In this document: positions 26,401 through 36,480 of the stretch, piece by piece | Numbering within the stretch: the stretch's first letter is position 1 | Layout of the letters: each line of letters begins with the position of its first letter | Made by a program: the position numbers and the translations under genes | DNA from: Vicugna vicugna | Lineage: Eukaryota | Direction of reading: 5' to 3' | Assembly (NCBI GenBank): GCA_013265495.1 | Contig: MU059171.1 | Span: 4,297,656-4,361,655, forward strand | Length of the DNA: 64,000 bases | The notes under the pieces: model-generated | The model's database searches: none | Told to the model about the DNA's origin: nothing | The model's input: only the letters and a program-made list of their open reading frames with translations

Positions 26401-26774
26401 AAGTCTGAACCTCAGCTTCAGAAATCAACAGAAATTATATGTAACAATTCTGTAACTACACACAAATACGCATTTTTTGGAGAGGAGACCCACAACTTTC
26501 TATAGATTCTCAAGGGCCTATAATCCAAAGTTTAAAAAGAAAAAAAAGAGTGGCCTTTTCACATTCAGAGTTAGCTCACATGGGTCTGCCTCTCGGACCC
26601 TGACTCTTCCAGTCTCTTGTATTTTCAGTTACAGAATGTGCATTCCCCAATCATAAATTATCACACTTTCTGCTGCCCTTCACTAAGCTCTGTATGTCTC
26701 TAGCACAGAATATACTTCTTCCCACATCGGTCCTCTGGTTAGTTGTATTCATTGGCTTGTTGTATTAAGCTGAC

Positions 26775-26988
26775 TTCCAAATGTCAGCTCCACTGCTGAT
26801 CTGCTGTGTCCTGGAGCAAGTAACTTGACCTCAGTAGGCCCCAGTTTCCTCAGCTGTAAAATGGGGATAATCACGGTAACCCTCATCATTAGGTTGTTCT
26901 TAGGAATAAACAGGACAAGATATCTAAACGTCTAAAGCAACGACAGTGCCTAGCACACAGTAAGTGGTCAGTCAGCTATCTTAATTAT
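26775..26988 (+). mobile_element. MIR SINE
   Basis: gcaagtaacttgacctc...cagtttcctcagctgtaaaatggggataat...gtgcctagcacacagtaag. Confidence 0.85.
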
Positions 26989-28704
26989 TTTATGTCTGTT
27001 ATCCCCATTCAGTCTTAAGCACAGGACAGGCCCTCACTGAACGGTTTATGAATCCATGTCTTCCCGAATCCCAGAGCTCATCCACTGCCACAGAAAGCTC
27101 TTGGAAAGCATAACCTCCCAACCTGGTAATAATTTAACATTCTTTTTTTCCCCCTTCCTCATGACCAATCCTTGAACCATCCTAATTAGCTATTCTTCAC
27201 TGGGCTTGCACAAGGGCTCACACCTTGTGCATCAACCTTTGTAGGCCAGACCCCCCCATATGGTAAACTTCCCAATCCAAACCCTGATGACGCCAGCTCT
27301 GATATTCTCACAGGAACAAAGCTATTTCAAAATCCTCCATTACTCATCAGTTCTGAGGATCCCAGAATTAACCCTTATTCTGCTATGGTGCCAACTTGGG
27401 TAGAAACGCTTCCTACTTCTTGAACTAACATTTATCAACATAGCAAGAACCAGCCTTTCTTCTCTCTCAGTCTATGTTAAATATCCAAACTCTCTCTCTC
27501 TCTCTCTTTTTTTTTCCTGCTCTCTCTTCCTTTCCAGTCCGTTCCTCTTGGGGCTCAGAGGCTCACTTACTCACCTTTCTTTGTCTTAATAATTCACATA
27601 TGCATATGTTCAACAAACATCACTGACATCTGTGTTTGGCAGCAAGACAGAGAGGGTGGGGCCCCTGCCTTATGGAGCTTCTAGCCTATTCTAAGGGCAC
27701 AGCTCCCTGTGCTTCACATTTCTAGCCAATTCACTTGAAATAATACCCTGAATCACAGGTCAGACAGGAAGAAATCAAAGATGCCTCATGATGCTCAGAT
27801 AGAGAGCTGAGAACAAGCTCAACTTAGGCCCTAAGGCTCAGTTTCCCAAGGCCTGGAGATCCTACAGGGCTCGGATTGCACAGCCAGTTCCGCATGAGGG
27901 CTCCTGGGGCCTCCGCTGATGTAGCCCACCCTTCCTGGTCCTCGTGGATACGCTGTGAGAGTTCACTGTCTCACAAAGGGATGACCCTGCATTTCCTCGG
28001 CCTGTTTTCCAGACCAGGAGGAGACTGGGGATCTCCAGTTTGTCTCTGCCTGCGCTGATTGGTGTGCACACACTACACCCACTTGTGTGCACTCTTTCCG
28101 CCGTCCCCTGGTCAGTTCTGCCTCCACCTCACTGAAATGGCCCCTTCCCTCTTACTTCTTGGGCTTCTGTGAAGTAAGCAAAGAGGCAAGTCCAACTCCT
28201 GTGCTCCCCTGGCTGGGGCACTCAGGCCAGCAAGTGGGGAAGACTGGCCAGGGAGGACTAGCCCAGAGATGCCTTCCTCCTCATCTTCTCTAGTCCTCAC
28301 AACTCAGCAGTCCAGGGTTCCTCAGTAGGCCTGGCATCCCAGCAAGAAGGGAGGCACCCTTGGAGCTGTCCTAAGCAAGGAACCTCAAGATATCTGCTCT
28401 TAAAAGGAGAAGGTCATTGTTCATCAGTCACTCTGCCCAAGATGCCTATAGGATTGCAGGGCACCAGAATCTTCCAGACATCTTTCTGGCCACCATCAAC
28501 GCCAGCCTTGTGATCTAGGATCCTCCCCACTGCGATATTTGAGAAGCTTTCTTCCTGCCAGCAGTGGGCCAGGTGCCCTGAAGATCGGTGGCCAAGAACA
28601 GGCTTCAAAAGGCTAAGTGGAAGGTGACCATCTTCAAAGGGCCCTCAGACTTCCCAGAAAGCTCTGGCACACAGCCCTGACCTCAGGTCAGTGCTTCCTG
28701 CCAG

Positions 28705-28860
28705 TGAACTTGTGATGGCTCCATGAGGGCAGGGGCCATGTCTGTCTGGTTCCCTGCTGTATCCCTGACAACCCCTAGTACGGGGCTAAATGACAGGTGG
28801 TGCGCAGCACTGATTTGTTGAATTAACTCACAATGACCTCCAGCAAGGAAGGAATGAAAG
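28705..28860 (+). mobile_element. L2 LINE 3' end
   Basis: gctccatgagggcaggggccatgtctgtctggttccctgctgtatccc...atttgttgaat...ggaatgaa. Confidence 0.7.
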
Positions 28861-29110
28861 CACAGTGGAAAGAGCCCAGGTTTGGGAGTCAGACAGACCT
28901 GGTTTTCAAACCGTCCAGCTGTACCATTTATACCGGTCACACACAGGCCACCTTATCCCTCTTAGCCTCGGCCTCACCCTCTACCAAGCGGGGGTCACAA
29001 CGGTCACCTTAGTGGTTGTGAGCGTGAGGTGGAAATTGTACAGTTTGACTGCACATACACATTATATTGCATGTAAATACACATACACAGTATACTGCAT
29101 ATTTTTTAAG
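28861..29110 (+). mobile_element. MIR SINE (its decayed 3' end overlaps duplication copy 1)
   Basis: cagtggaaagagcccaggtttgggagtcagacagacctgg start; gcatgtaaa...cacagt...taag resembles the MIR 3' end. Confidence 0.7.
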
Positions 29111-29140
29111 TTTACATATATGCACTTATTAGTTTCTAAG
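29039..29140 (+). repeat. 102-nt direct repeat, copy 1
   Basis: 101/102 identical to 30955-31056 by direct comparison. Confidence 0.97.
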
Positions 29141-29164
29141 CAGACAGTACTTGCTTTTAGCTCA

Positions 29165-29390
29165 GAAGCACTCATACAGCCCTCCCTGTATGCCAGACAC
29201 CGTTCACATGTGGTACAGGGATCCCAGACCACAATTAATTCATGTAATTCTTACAATGATCCCATGAATTAAGACCTACTTAAATCTCTTTTGCAGTTGA
29301 GCAAATGGAGGCACAGAGAAGAAAAAAGGAACTTGCTCAGAGGCTGATGTCTCGAAGGGGCAGGGCCAGGCTTCACATCAATTCCGAAGG
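29165..29390 (-). mobile_element. MIR SINE
   Basis: aattcttacaatgatcccatga...ttttgcagttgagcaaatggaggcacagaga...acttgctcagagg. Confidence 0.6.
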
Positions 29391-30534
29391 ACAAAATTTT
29401 AGGTGCTACACTTGCTTGTCTCTAAAGCAAGCAGTCAGTGAGTGTTAGCGCCTGTCCCTAATTTGACTATGGGGGCTACCTGACCACACAGCCAGATGAG
29501 GGTTTTCAGGTGCGACAGAGACACATGCAGACACTCCCACAGCTCACTGTTTTGTTCTGTCTGGTTTAGAGCTGTGGCCTGCTCCCATGAAATTCACCTC
29601 CAGACAGCTGTGCTGATCAAGGACCTCTCTGCCAACCTGTCCTCCTGCTATCGCCTCCACAACTATCTGCCGGAGCAAGAGACACACAGCGACGTAAAAC
29701 TAAGAAAGAGCAAGGAAAAAGCAAACACAGAGAAAGAGAGGGAGTGAGTGTGCAAGCTCTCAGGAGCAGCCAAAGAAGGGCTGCCCTCCTTCTCATCACC
29801 CCGAGAACAACTGTCTACCCAGAGGGTGCCCCAGGCAGAAGTAATCTGTCCACATGGAGACCAACCACATAAAGGCTCAGCTTCCCCGCAGACCCAGGGA
29901 GCAGAGGGAAAATTAAGCCATCTCTTCTAAACGCTCAAACCTCATCATAAAGAAAGCCTTCCCTTTTTCCCCTCTATAAGATTGCATCTGCCCCACTGCC
30001 AACCACAGAGGAGATTTCATTACCAAAGTAAATCAGTGCTGCACTTGACCTTGCTTCTCCAAAAGCTCAGAATTAGTGACATCACAATACTCTACAGATG
30101 CTCAGAAATATCAGAACAACCCCCTCAAGTCAAAAACACTTGGTATTTCACTAAAAGGCTTTAAATTATTTTGATTTTACTCCAAGGAATCCAAAAATGC
30201 TTTCAATGTTTTCATTTTCTAAATACTTAAGAGAAAAAGTATGCTCTTAGGACCTTCAGAAATCTGACTCCTGGTCTGGTTTGTGTCCTGATTCACGCGT
30301 GATAAAACGGGGAACAGGCCAGAAGCCGAGGAACAGTAGCTCTGGCCCCATACTGCTCACATGACTCAGCCCCCGAGTGGCAGGGCCTCACTGGAGGGGT
30401 TCCCAAATCAACCTTCCATCCTCCTCAGAGTTACCAGCAGGTGACAGGTGCCTCCCGGGCACCTGGGGCAATACTTCTTAGGGGGTCCAGTCTCCATCTC
30501 CCATAGTCCTGATAACCACCACGTTTCCCTTCCG

Positions 30535-30552
30535 CAGCAGCAGCAGCAGCAG
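30535..30552. repeat. (CAG)6 microsatellite
   Basis: Directly visible. Confidence 0.95.
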
Positions 30553-30954
30553 CACAGCTCCTCCACAGTGGCCAAAGAGAGGGAGCGGAAAGGGATGTTT
30601 TCTCCCCAAGGCAGCTGCCTGGAGATGGAGGTGGCTTCAGGAGCACTGCAGGAAACACACCTCCTGCACCCCAAGTCAGACACAAGATCTTGCACTGTAA
30701 CTCCTAATGCTGCTTGCTCAAAAGGATTGCCCCATTTTAAAACAAGCTGGTCACTAACACAGTCAGGAATGCTGATTTGAGGAAACAAAAGAATCCATAC
30801 GTCAAGAACATGTGCTCTCAGGAAGCCCTCAAACCCCGGTAACTCTCAGTATTAAAAATGGGCTCTTTTTTTTTTTTCTATCTTTTTTTAAAATTGTAAA
30901 TGGTATTGTGTTTCATTTTTCTCCTCCTTTTTCAGTTTTATTAGGTAGAATTAT

Positions 30955-31056
30955 TACAGTTCGACTGCACATACACATTATATTGCATGTAAATACACAT
31001 ACACAGTATACTGCATATTTTTTAAGTTTACATATATGCACTTATTAGTTTCTAAG
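30955..31056 (+). repeat. 102-nt direct repeat, copy 2
   Basis: 101/102 identical to 29039-29140; the single difference is ttCgac versus ttTgac. Confidence 0.97.
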
Positions 31057-31132
31057 AACAGATTAGCTCTTTCACTTTTTAAACTTACATAGTTATCAAA
31101 GGAATAAAGCCAACTACAAAATAAGATGGGCC

Positions 31133-31263
31133 TTCTTATAATAACCTTTAATGAAAAAAGAATATGACAACGAATATACGTATGTATATGTATGACTGGG
31201 ACATTGTGCTGTACCCCCGAGATTGACACACTGTAACCGACTGTACTTTAATAAAAAAAAAAA
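31133..31263 (+). mobile_element. Young, heavily 5'-truncated L1 3' tail with poly(A) (cetartiodactyl type)
   Basis: tcttataataacc...gaaaaaagaatatg...tatgtatgactgggacattgtgctgtac...ttgacacactgtaaccgactgtactttaataaaaaaaaaaa. Confidence 0.85.
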
Positions 31264-32383
31264 GATGGCTCCACAACCAGCACCACATTTGTCAACAGAC
31301 AAATGTGATCCCTCATACCCAGGTACAAGCCACAAAAACCTCAGCTTCATAACATGTATACATTCCAAGAGCTACAAACTTCATCTACTTTATCCTGTTT
31401 TTTTTCACAGGAGAGAAAACTGAGACACAGACCAAGCGTAGGACCGTTCAAGTTTACTGGTGGACAACTCAAACCCAGAGCTTCTTGCAGTTCTCTTTCC
31501 TAGCCTACTGCCTCGGACCCCCGTTACCAACAAGAGCTCTGACACAATCATTTTCACACACACAAAACACTATTTTTATAATGGAGTTAAAGGCAAATTG
31601 GTTCAATCTACCATGGCTGCTACCTAAAAAGTAAAATCAATGGAGAGAAAAAACAAAACCTGAGTTTAAAAAAATTAATTTCCCTTTTGAACTATGTTCT
31701 TATTCTTAGCTCAAAAAACCTGGTTCCTAAAGGGACAGTGCCTTCCCCAGTAGTCCCAGTGAGAAATGAAAGCCAGTACTTGTTTTCAACCAGCATGTCC
31801 AACACTAGGCCAGTATTTTCGATGGAAACAATTTCTGGGTAAACAGACGGGGGTTGTACAAGGAAGAGTGGCCCAAAGTCACTACTCCTAACAAATCGGC
31901 TTCAAAGATTGAAGTGCTTTTCTCTGCCTTTAAAATAGGGAAGGTGCATTTTTAGGGATGAAACAAGACCCTGAAAGCAAACAGCCAGGCTGGGGAAGGG
32001 CAGCAGAGGAAAGACGCAGGCCCTGAAACTTTCTGCTCTGGGCAGCTGAGATTTTTCATCCTGAGTCCATTTCACCAGACATGAGGAGGCTTCTCTGGCT
32101 GCAAAGGATCACATGAGAGCATAAAACAAATACTGAAGGTTTGGGTTCTCTCTCTCCCCTGTGTGTGTGACACCAATTGGCCAAGAGACAGAGACTCTAA
32201 CGCTGCAGAAAGCAAAATTTCCCTTGTTTCCATTACATCATCCAAGCTGGAGACGGGGAGGGCAGGGCGGGGGGCACAGCTGGTGGCAGCTGCACCACCA
32301 TCTGCTTTCTCCTCGGCAGTGTGTGCTAGTTTGTGCTGCAGCCTCCTCCTGATGGTGGAGGCGCTGTATTAAAGGTACAACAC

Positions 32384-32393
32384 CCTATTATGG
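32384..32393. promoter_or_regulatory. Consensus CArG box CCTATTATGG (candidate SRF site)
   Basis: Exact CC(A/T)6GG match about 1 kb into the downstream intron; function unproven. Confidence 0.35.
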
Positions 32394-33385
32394 AAAAGCT
32401 TTCATATTATTTAGAAATACATCACTCCCGTGATAAGTTAACAACCTCCGGTAGGCTGCTGAGCCGGTTCTCTTTGAGTTTAGGTTATTTGTTTGCATCT
32501 CTTTAGACTCAGCCACAGTGCAAACTCTGTCAACTCAACGTGCCCAATTAGACAAGCAGAATGAACACGAAACCACCTGCCATCTGCTTCCCAAAAGGGA
32601 AGCAGCCAAACAGGACAGGTCAGCAGCTGGAAGCCTTTAGGGAAGGTGTAGGGAAAGTCCCAACCCAGTGTACCAGCTGCAGATTAGTGGAGGGGTGCGT
32701 GCTGCCACCTTTGGCATCCGCAGCCCTCTGGTCAACCGGTCTTGCCCTTTTGGAGTTCAAAACACACTGTGCAGGGTCCTCATGTAGAAGGGGAGACTGG
32801 TGAGAGCAGCTTGGGGGTCAGTGCCTTGCCTGGCCACTCAAATGCAAACTAGCAACACAGCAGCAAACTGGTGGTTCAAGGTCAGATCGAGTCCAGGGGA
32901 ATGTTTTATTTGGCCTATACAGGTTTGCATTTAAAAAAAAAAAAAGTGCTGGCTTTTAAAAATGAGTAGATTTCATACCTAAACATCTAGCTTGCCGGAT
33001 ACGGCAGCACCAGACTCCACTTCTACGTGGCTCCAGTTAGTTATCTGGAGCTCAGCAGCAGCACTTCTTTCAGACGGGGCGTACACTCAGGAGAACTGGT
33101 CCCCACAGCTGGCGTCTGCATATGCCACTGCAACTGCCTCTGCTCCTACCAGGCCCTTGGGAGCTTCTGCTGTAACACTGCTGACCACCGAGAAGCAGCA
33201 GCCCCAGGGAATGATTTCCTTTATTGATTCTCCTCTTCAGTTGAGATTTCATCCCTTGGCTGGCCAACTAAAATTCTACAAAGATCATTCAATCCAATAC
33301 AAGGAGTGGGTCTCAGCAGAAGGCTAGCTACAGCGATCCCTTCCCACAAAAGCAGGCTGCAGCATTTCGCAGAGGCATTTCAGAT

Positions 33386-33392
33386 CACTTAC
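33386..33392 (-). promoter_or_regulatory. TEAD1: 5' splice donor of the TEAD1 exon (ATG TAT G|GTAAGTG), phase 1
   Basis: Plus strand CACTTAC at 33386-33392 abuts the coding sequence; consensus GTAAGT. Confidence 0.95.
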
Positions 33393-33504
33393 CATACATC
33401 TTGCCTTCATCCGATAAGATGATTTTCCTCCTCCCACATGGCGGATAGATAGCCAGGGCTTCCTGAAAGCTCTGCTCAATGTCGGGGCTCCAGACCCCTT
33501 CCGC
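33393..33504 (-). CDS. TEAD1: TEAD1 (TEF-1) first coding exon, visible part; N-terminal portion of the TEA DNA-binding domain (exon 3 by human numbering)
   Basis: Reverse complement translates without stops to [37 protein letters not shown] plus one base, the conserved TEA-domain start, followed by GTAAGTG. TEAD1 is preferred over TEAD2/3/4 because the codons resemble human TEAD1 as recalled and the exon is alone within more than 30 kb of intron on each side. Confidence 0.96.
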
Positions 33505-33660
33505 NNNNNNNNNNNNNNNNNNNNNNNNNNNNNNNNNNNNNNNNNNNNNNNNNNNNNNNNNNNNNNNNNNNNNNNNNNNNNNNNNNNNNNNNNNNNNNNN
33601 NNNNNNNNNNNNNNNNNNNNNNNNNNNNNNNNNNNNNNNNNNNNNNNNNNNNNNNNNNNN
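33505..33660 (-). other. TEAD1: 156-nt N-run predicted to hide the first 30 TEAD1 codons (incl. AUU start), about 54 nt of 5'UTR and the splice acceptor
   Basis: The first visible codon (Ala) is residue 31 of TEAD1. 90 nt coding + about 54 nt UTR (human exon size, recalled) + about 12 nt intron equals 156. The bases themselves are not visible. Confidence 0.7.
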
Positions 33661-35724
33661 TCAAAGAATACTATGGTGAGGATGAGGGAACCATCAACAG
33701 ACTGCTCTTGGTGGTTCTGCTGCACATTCTCCAATGGCCAGCTTTGCTTGGAGAATAACTCCTAGCAGAGAATATGGAACTTTGGAGATCCAAGTGGCTT
33801 TTGTTCATTTTGTATCACATTAGGCACTCATACAGAAATGCAATGGCAGGCAGAAGCTGGATAATCTTCACAGATGACAGGAAATTTTCATCTGTGAATT
33901 GTACTCACTCTGAGTTGCAAGTTCACAGTGAATCATGCCAAACCATTTACTAAGTATCTACTATCTACCAGGAGCACTTTGCTCGATGATAATCAAATCT
34001 GCAGAGCAGAACAAGTTGCTTAAAAGAAAATAAAGTAAAGCAAAAGATGTCTGCCTCACTGTGGCAACTGGTATGATAACTGTGAAATGTCAAACCATTC
34101 CACTGTTTGTCACTGGGGTCACCAAGATGCAGGATGCTGGCAGAATGGAGGACGGAGGGAAGGAGGTTATTTTGTTATCACAAATACTCATTCTACAGAC
34201 AGCAATGCCAGATGACCTAGACCGGCTATTCTATAGCATTTGATCAGTAGGGCTTTCTACCCTGTACAGTCAGGGCACTTTGCCACTCTCAGCTCCTAGA
34301 CTGTGGCCTTGAAGGAGGGACCAAGTTGTCCCCACTCCTGCTTTCCCAGCAACCACCACCACAAGTGGCCAGCACATTTGCAGAAATGTTTTACAGCCAC
34401 GTGGGGCACTTCATCTGGTAGCCTCCTGGGAATTCCTGATCACATGAAAACTGTGCAGGAGGCTTTCATTTATTTTTCTGAAGCACTGACAATTACAGAG
34501 CCAAAAGAAATCTTTCTCAAAGATTTATTCCCCTTAAATTATGCATGTAACCTATGGTCATGAAAGGATAAGCTTTCCAAACAAATGTCAAACTGGCACA
34601 AACACCAATGTGAAAATGATCTAATCCAGTCCCCCTGCTGTCTGCCCACTAACGTGTCGATATTCCTTTGTTGAAAAGGCATCAGATCATTCATGAAAAG
34701 ACTCCCCCAAAAGGGGGATAAGAATTGCTCCCAGAGACTGATGGAAGAGGGGAGGCACAGGGTCCGAGTGGGGAGGGTTTAGTGTGTTCTCCATTCCAGC
34801 CCCTTCTGCCACCTCAAGTCCACGGGACCTTTCAACAGAGGCAGCCAGGAGGGAAGCAGATGTGGGCGGCCCCACTAGGTACCAGGCACTACTCTGTATT
34901 CCAGGGCAGTCACCCCTGAAAGCAAGCACCCGGCCTTCTTTCCCTCTCTCTCCCAGCTGAATCCCTTTTCCCGCCCTCCCCCACCTGCGTACATCAACAG
35001 ACTCCAGGTGCAGAAACTCTGAGGCGCAGGAACATTACACAAACCAGTGGGTGCTTTTGGCTCTGTACCCTGACAGCTTTTTTAGATTTGGCAGCACCTG
35101 GATAAAAGAAACCCCCAGGTTGTCTGCCTTTAAATACTGCCACTGATCCATCTTTCAAAGAACTTGTCAGCAAAATATTTACTACTTCTTACCAACACAT
35201 GTACACTGACACAGGACTTTAAAAACCGCTGAATGTTGAAGGTATAAATTATGCCACAAGAAAGGGTTTTGTGATTGCCCTTCAGATGAACTCTGCAGTG
35301 TGGGCCTTTTGAATTCTCAAATTATTGGATTCATTTTTTGGTTGGGATCTAAGCATCTTATAAAATTCAAGCTGAACTGTATGCTACCCTAGAGTCTGTT
35401 CTAGCTCTGAAGCAGTTTATTACTGAAATTACGAGAATACGAGTGAATTCCCTGAGCAGTGACTAGCCACCCACCATCTCCCTCTGCCCTGACCCCAAAA
35501 CAAAACAAAACAAACAAAAACAGACACATACCAGGGGGAAAAAAAAAACAACCACAGGCCAGTCCTTAGCTCTGGGCAGCTCAAAGCAGCATGAATTCGC
35601 TCCAGGGAGGCACATTTTAAGATTAAACTGTGGGTGGGGCCAGCGCTCGACCACTATGGTAGAGGAGTGGAATCCAGGGGACCAGGGGATCTTTATTTGA
35701 CTAAAAAGGACATCACCATATAAC

Positions 35725-36000
35725 TGAAAGCCTCAGAGCCTCCAGACCCAAACACAACACCTTCTAATCCAATGCCTGAAGTCCCCTCTGACATCTCTCA
35801 TCTATTTGTCAATGTCTGCCTGAACATCACCAGTGACAAGGAACCCACCACCTCCCCAACACCACCTTCTCTGTTTTCTTTCCACCACATGCTGAAATTA
35901 TTCCATCTATTAAGCTAAAACTCACCTGGTTAAGTTCTACCTGTCTGTCCCTTGAGGTTCTATCCACCCCTTCGGAAAGCAAGTCTCCCCCAAGACACCC
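35725..36000 (-). mobile_element. L3/CR1 LINE fragment
   Basis: gtcccctctgacatc...gtctgcctgaacatcaccagtgacaaggaacccaccacctccc resembles antisense L3 3' region. Confidence 0.5.
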
Positions 36001-36329
36001 ATTTATATATGACAAAAGCAGCTCTCAGTCTCCTGACTGTGTTCCAGACTAGACACAATTCACACCACCCATCAGCTCAGCCCAATTTGCCCACAATCTT
36101 CAATAAATGACACTCAGAGGTAGACCTACAATCCATAAAACCTCTAAGCCCCCACACTCCAAGTGCTGTTCCTGAATTCCATCTCTTCAGCAATCGGTTT
36201 AGGAGCTAAAATCAGAAATTTATATTAATTCTACTAAATTCCATTATTTTTAGCCTTAGCCAATAGCCCAAAACTGGTAAGATCTTTCTTTCTGAATCAA
36301 GATTGCTAACCTTAGTGTCCCCAGACACT

Positions 36330-36480
36330 GAACAACCTCTAAAGGTATTACACACGGGGAGGGGGTTAGACCTGTTCTGTGGGAAGTTCCAAAGGAGATT
36401 CTGGCTCAACATAAGGAAAGATTTCCTGCTAGGTGAACTGTTCAACAAGGGTTAGACTGCCTTATAAGACAGGCAGCAGA
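36330..36480 (+). mobile_element. L3/CR1 LINE fragment
   Basis: gggttagacctgttctgtg...agattctggctcaacataaggaaagatttcct...agactgcct. Confidence 0.7.

Larger units (their letters stand above)
1..33392 (-). other. TEAD1: TEAD1 intron downstream of the first coding exon (continues beyond window start)
   Basis: The next TEA-domain exon (RNELIARYIKLRTGKTRTRKQ) is not seen in the window; repeat-rich non-coding sequence. Confidence 0.85.

Noticed and set aside
30408-30788. ORFs with polyQ, polyA or polyC runs
   Set aside because: Produced by a (CAG)6 microsatellite in intron sequence.
32992-33327. 111-aa plus-strand ORF beside the TEAD1 exon
   Set aside because: TTG start, no recognisable features, antisense; the real coding frame is on the minus strand.
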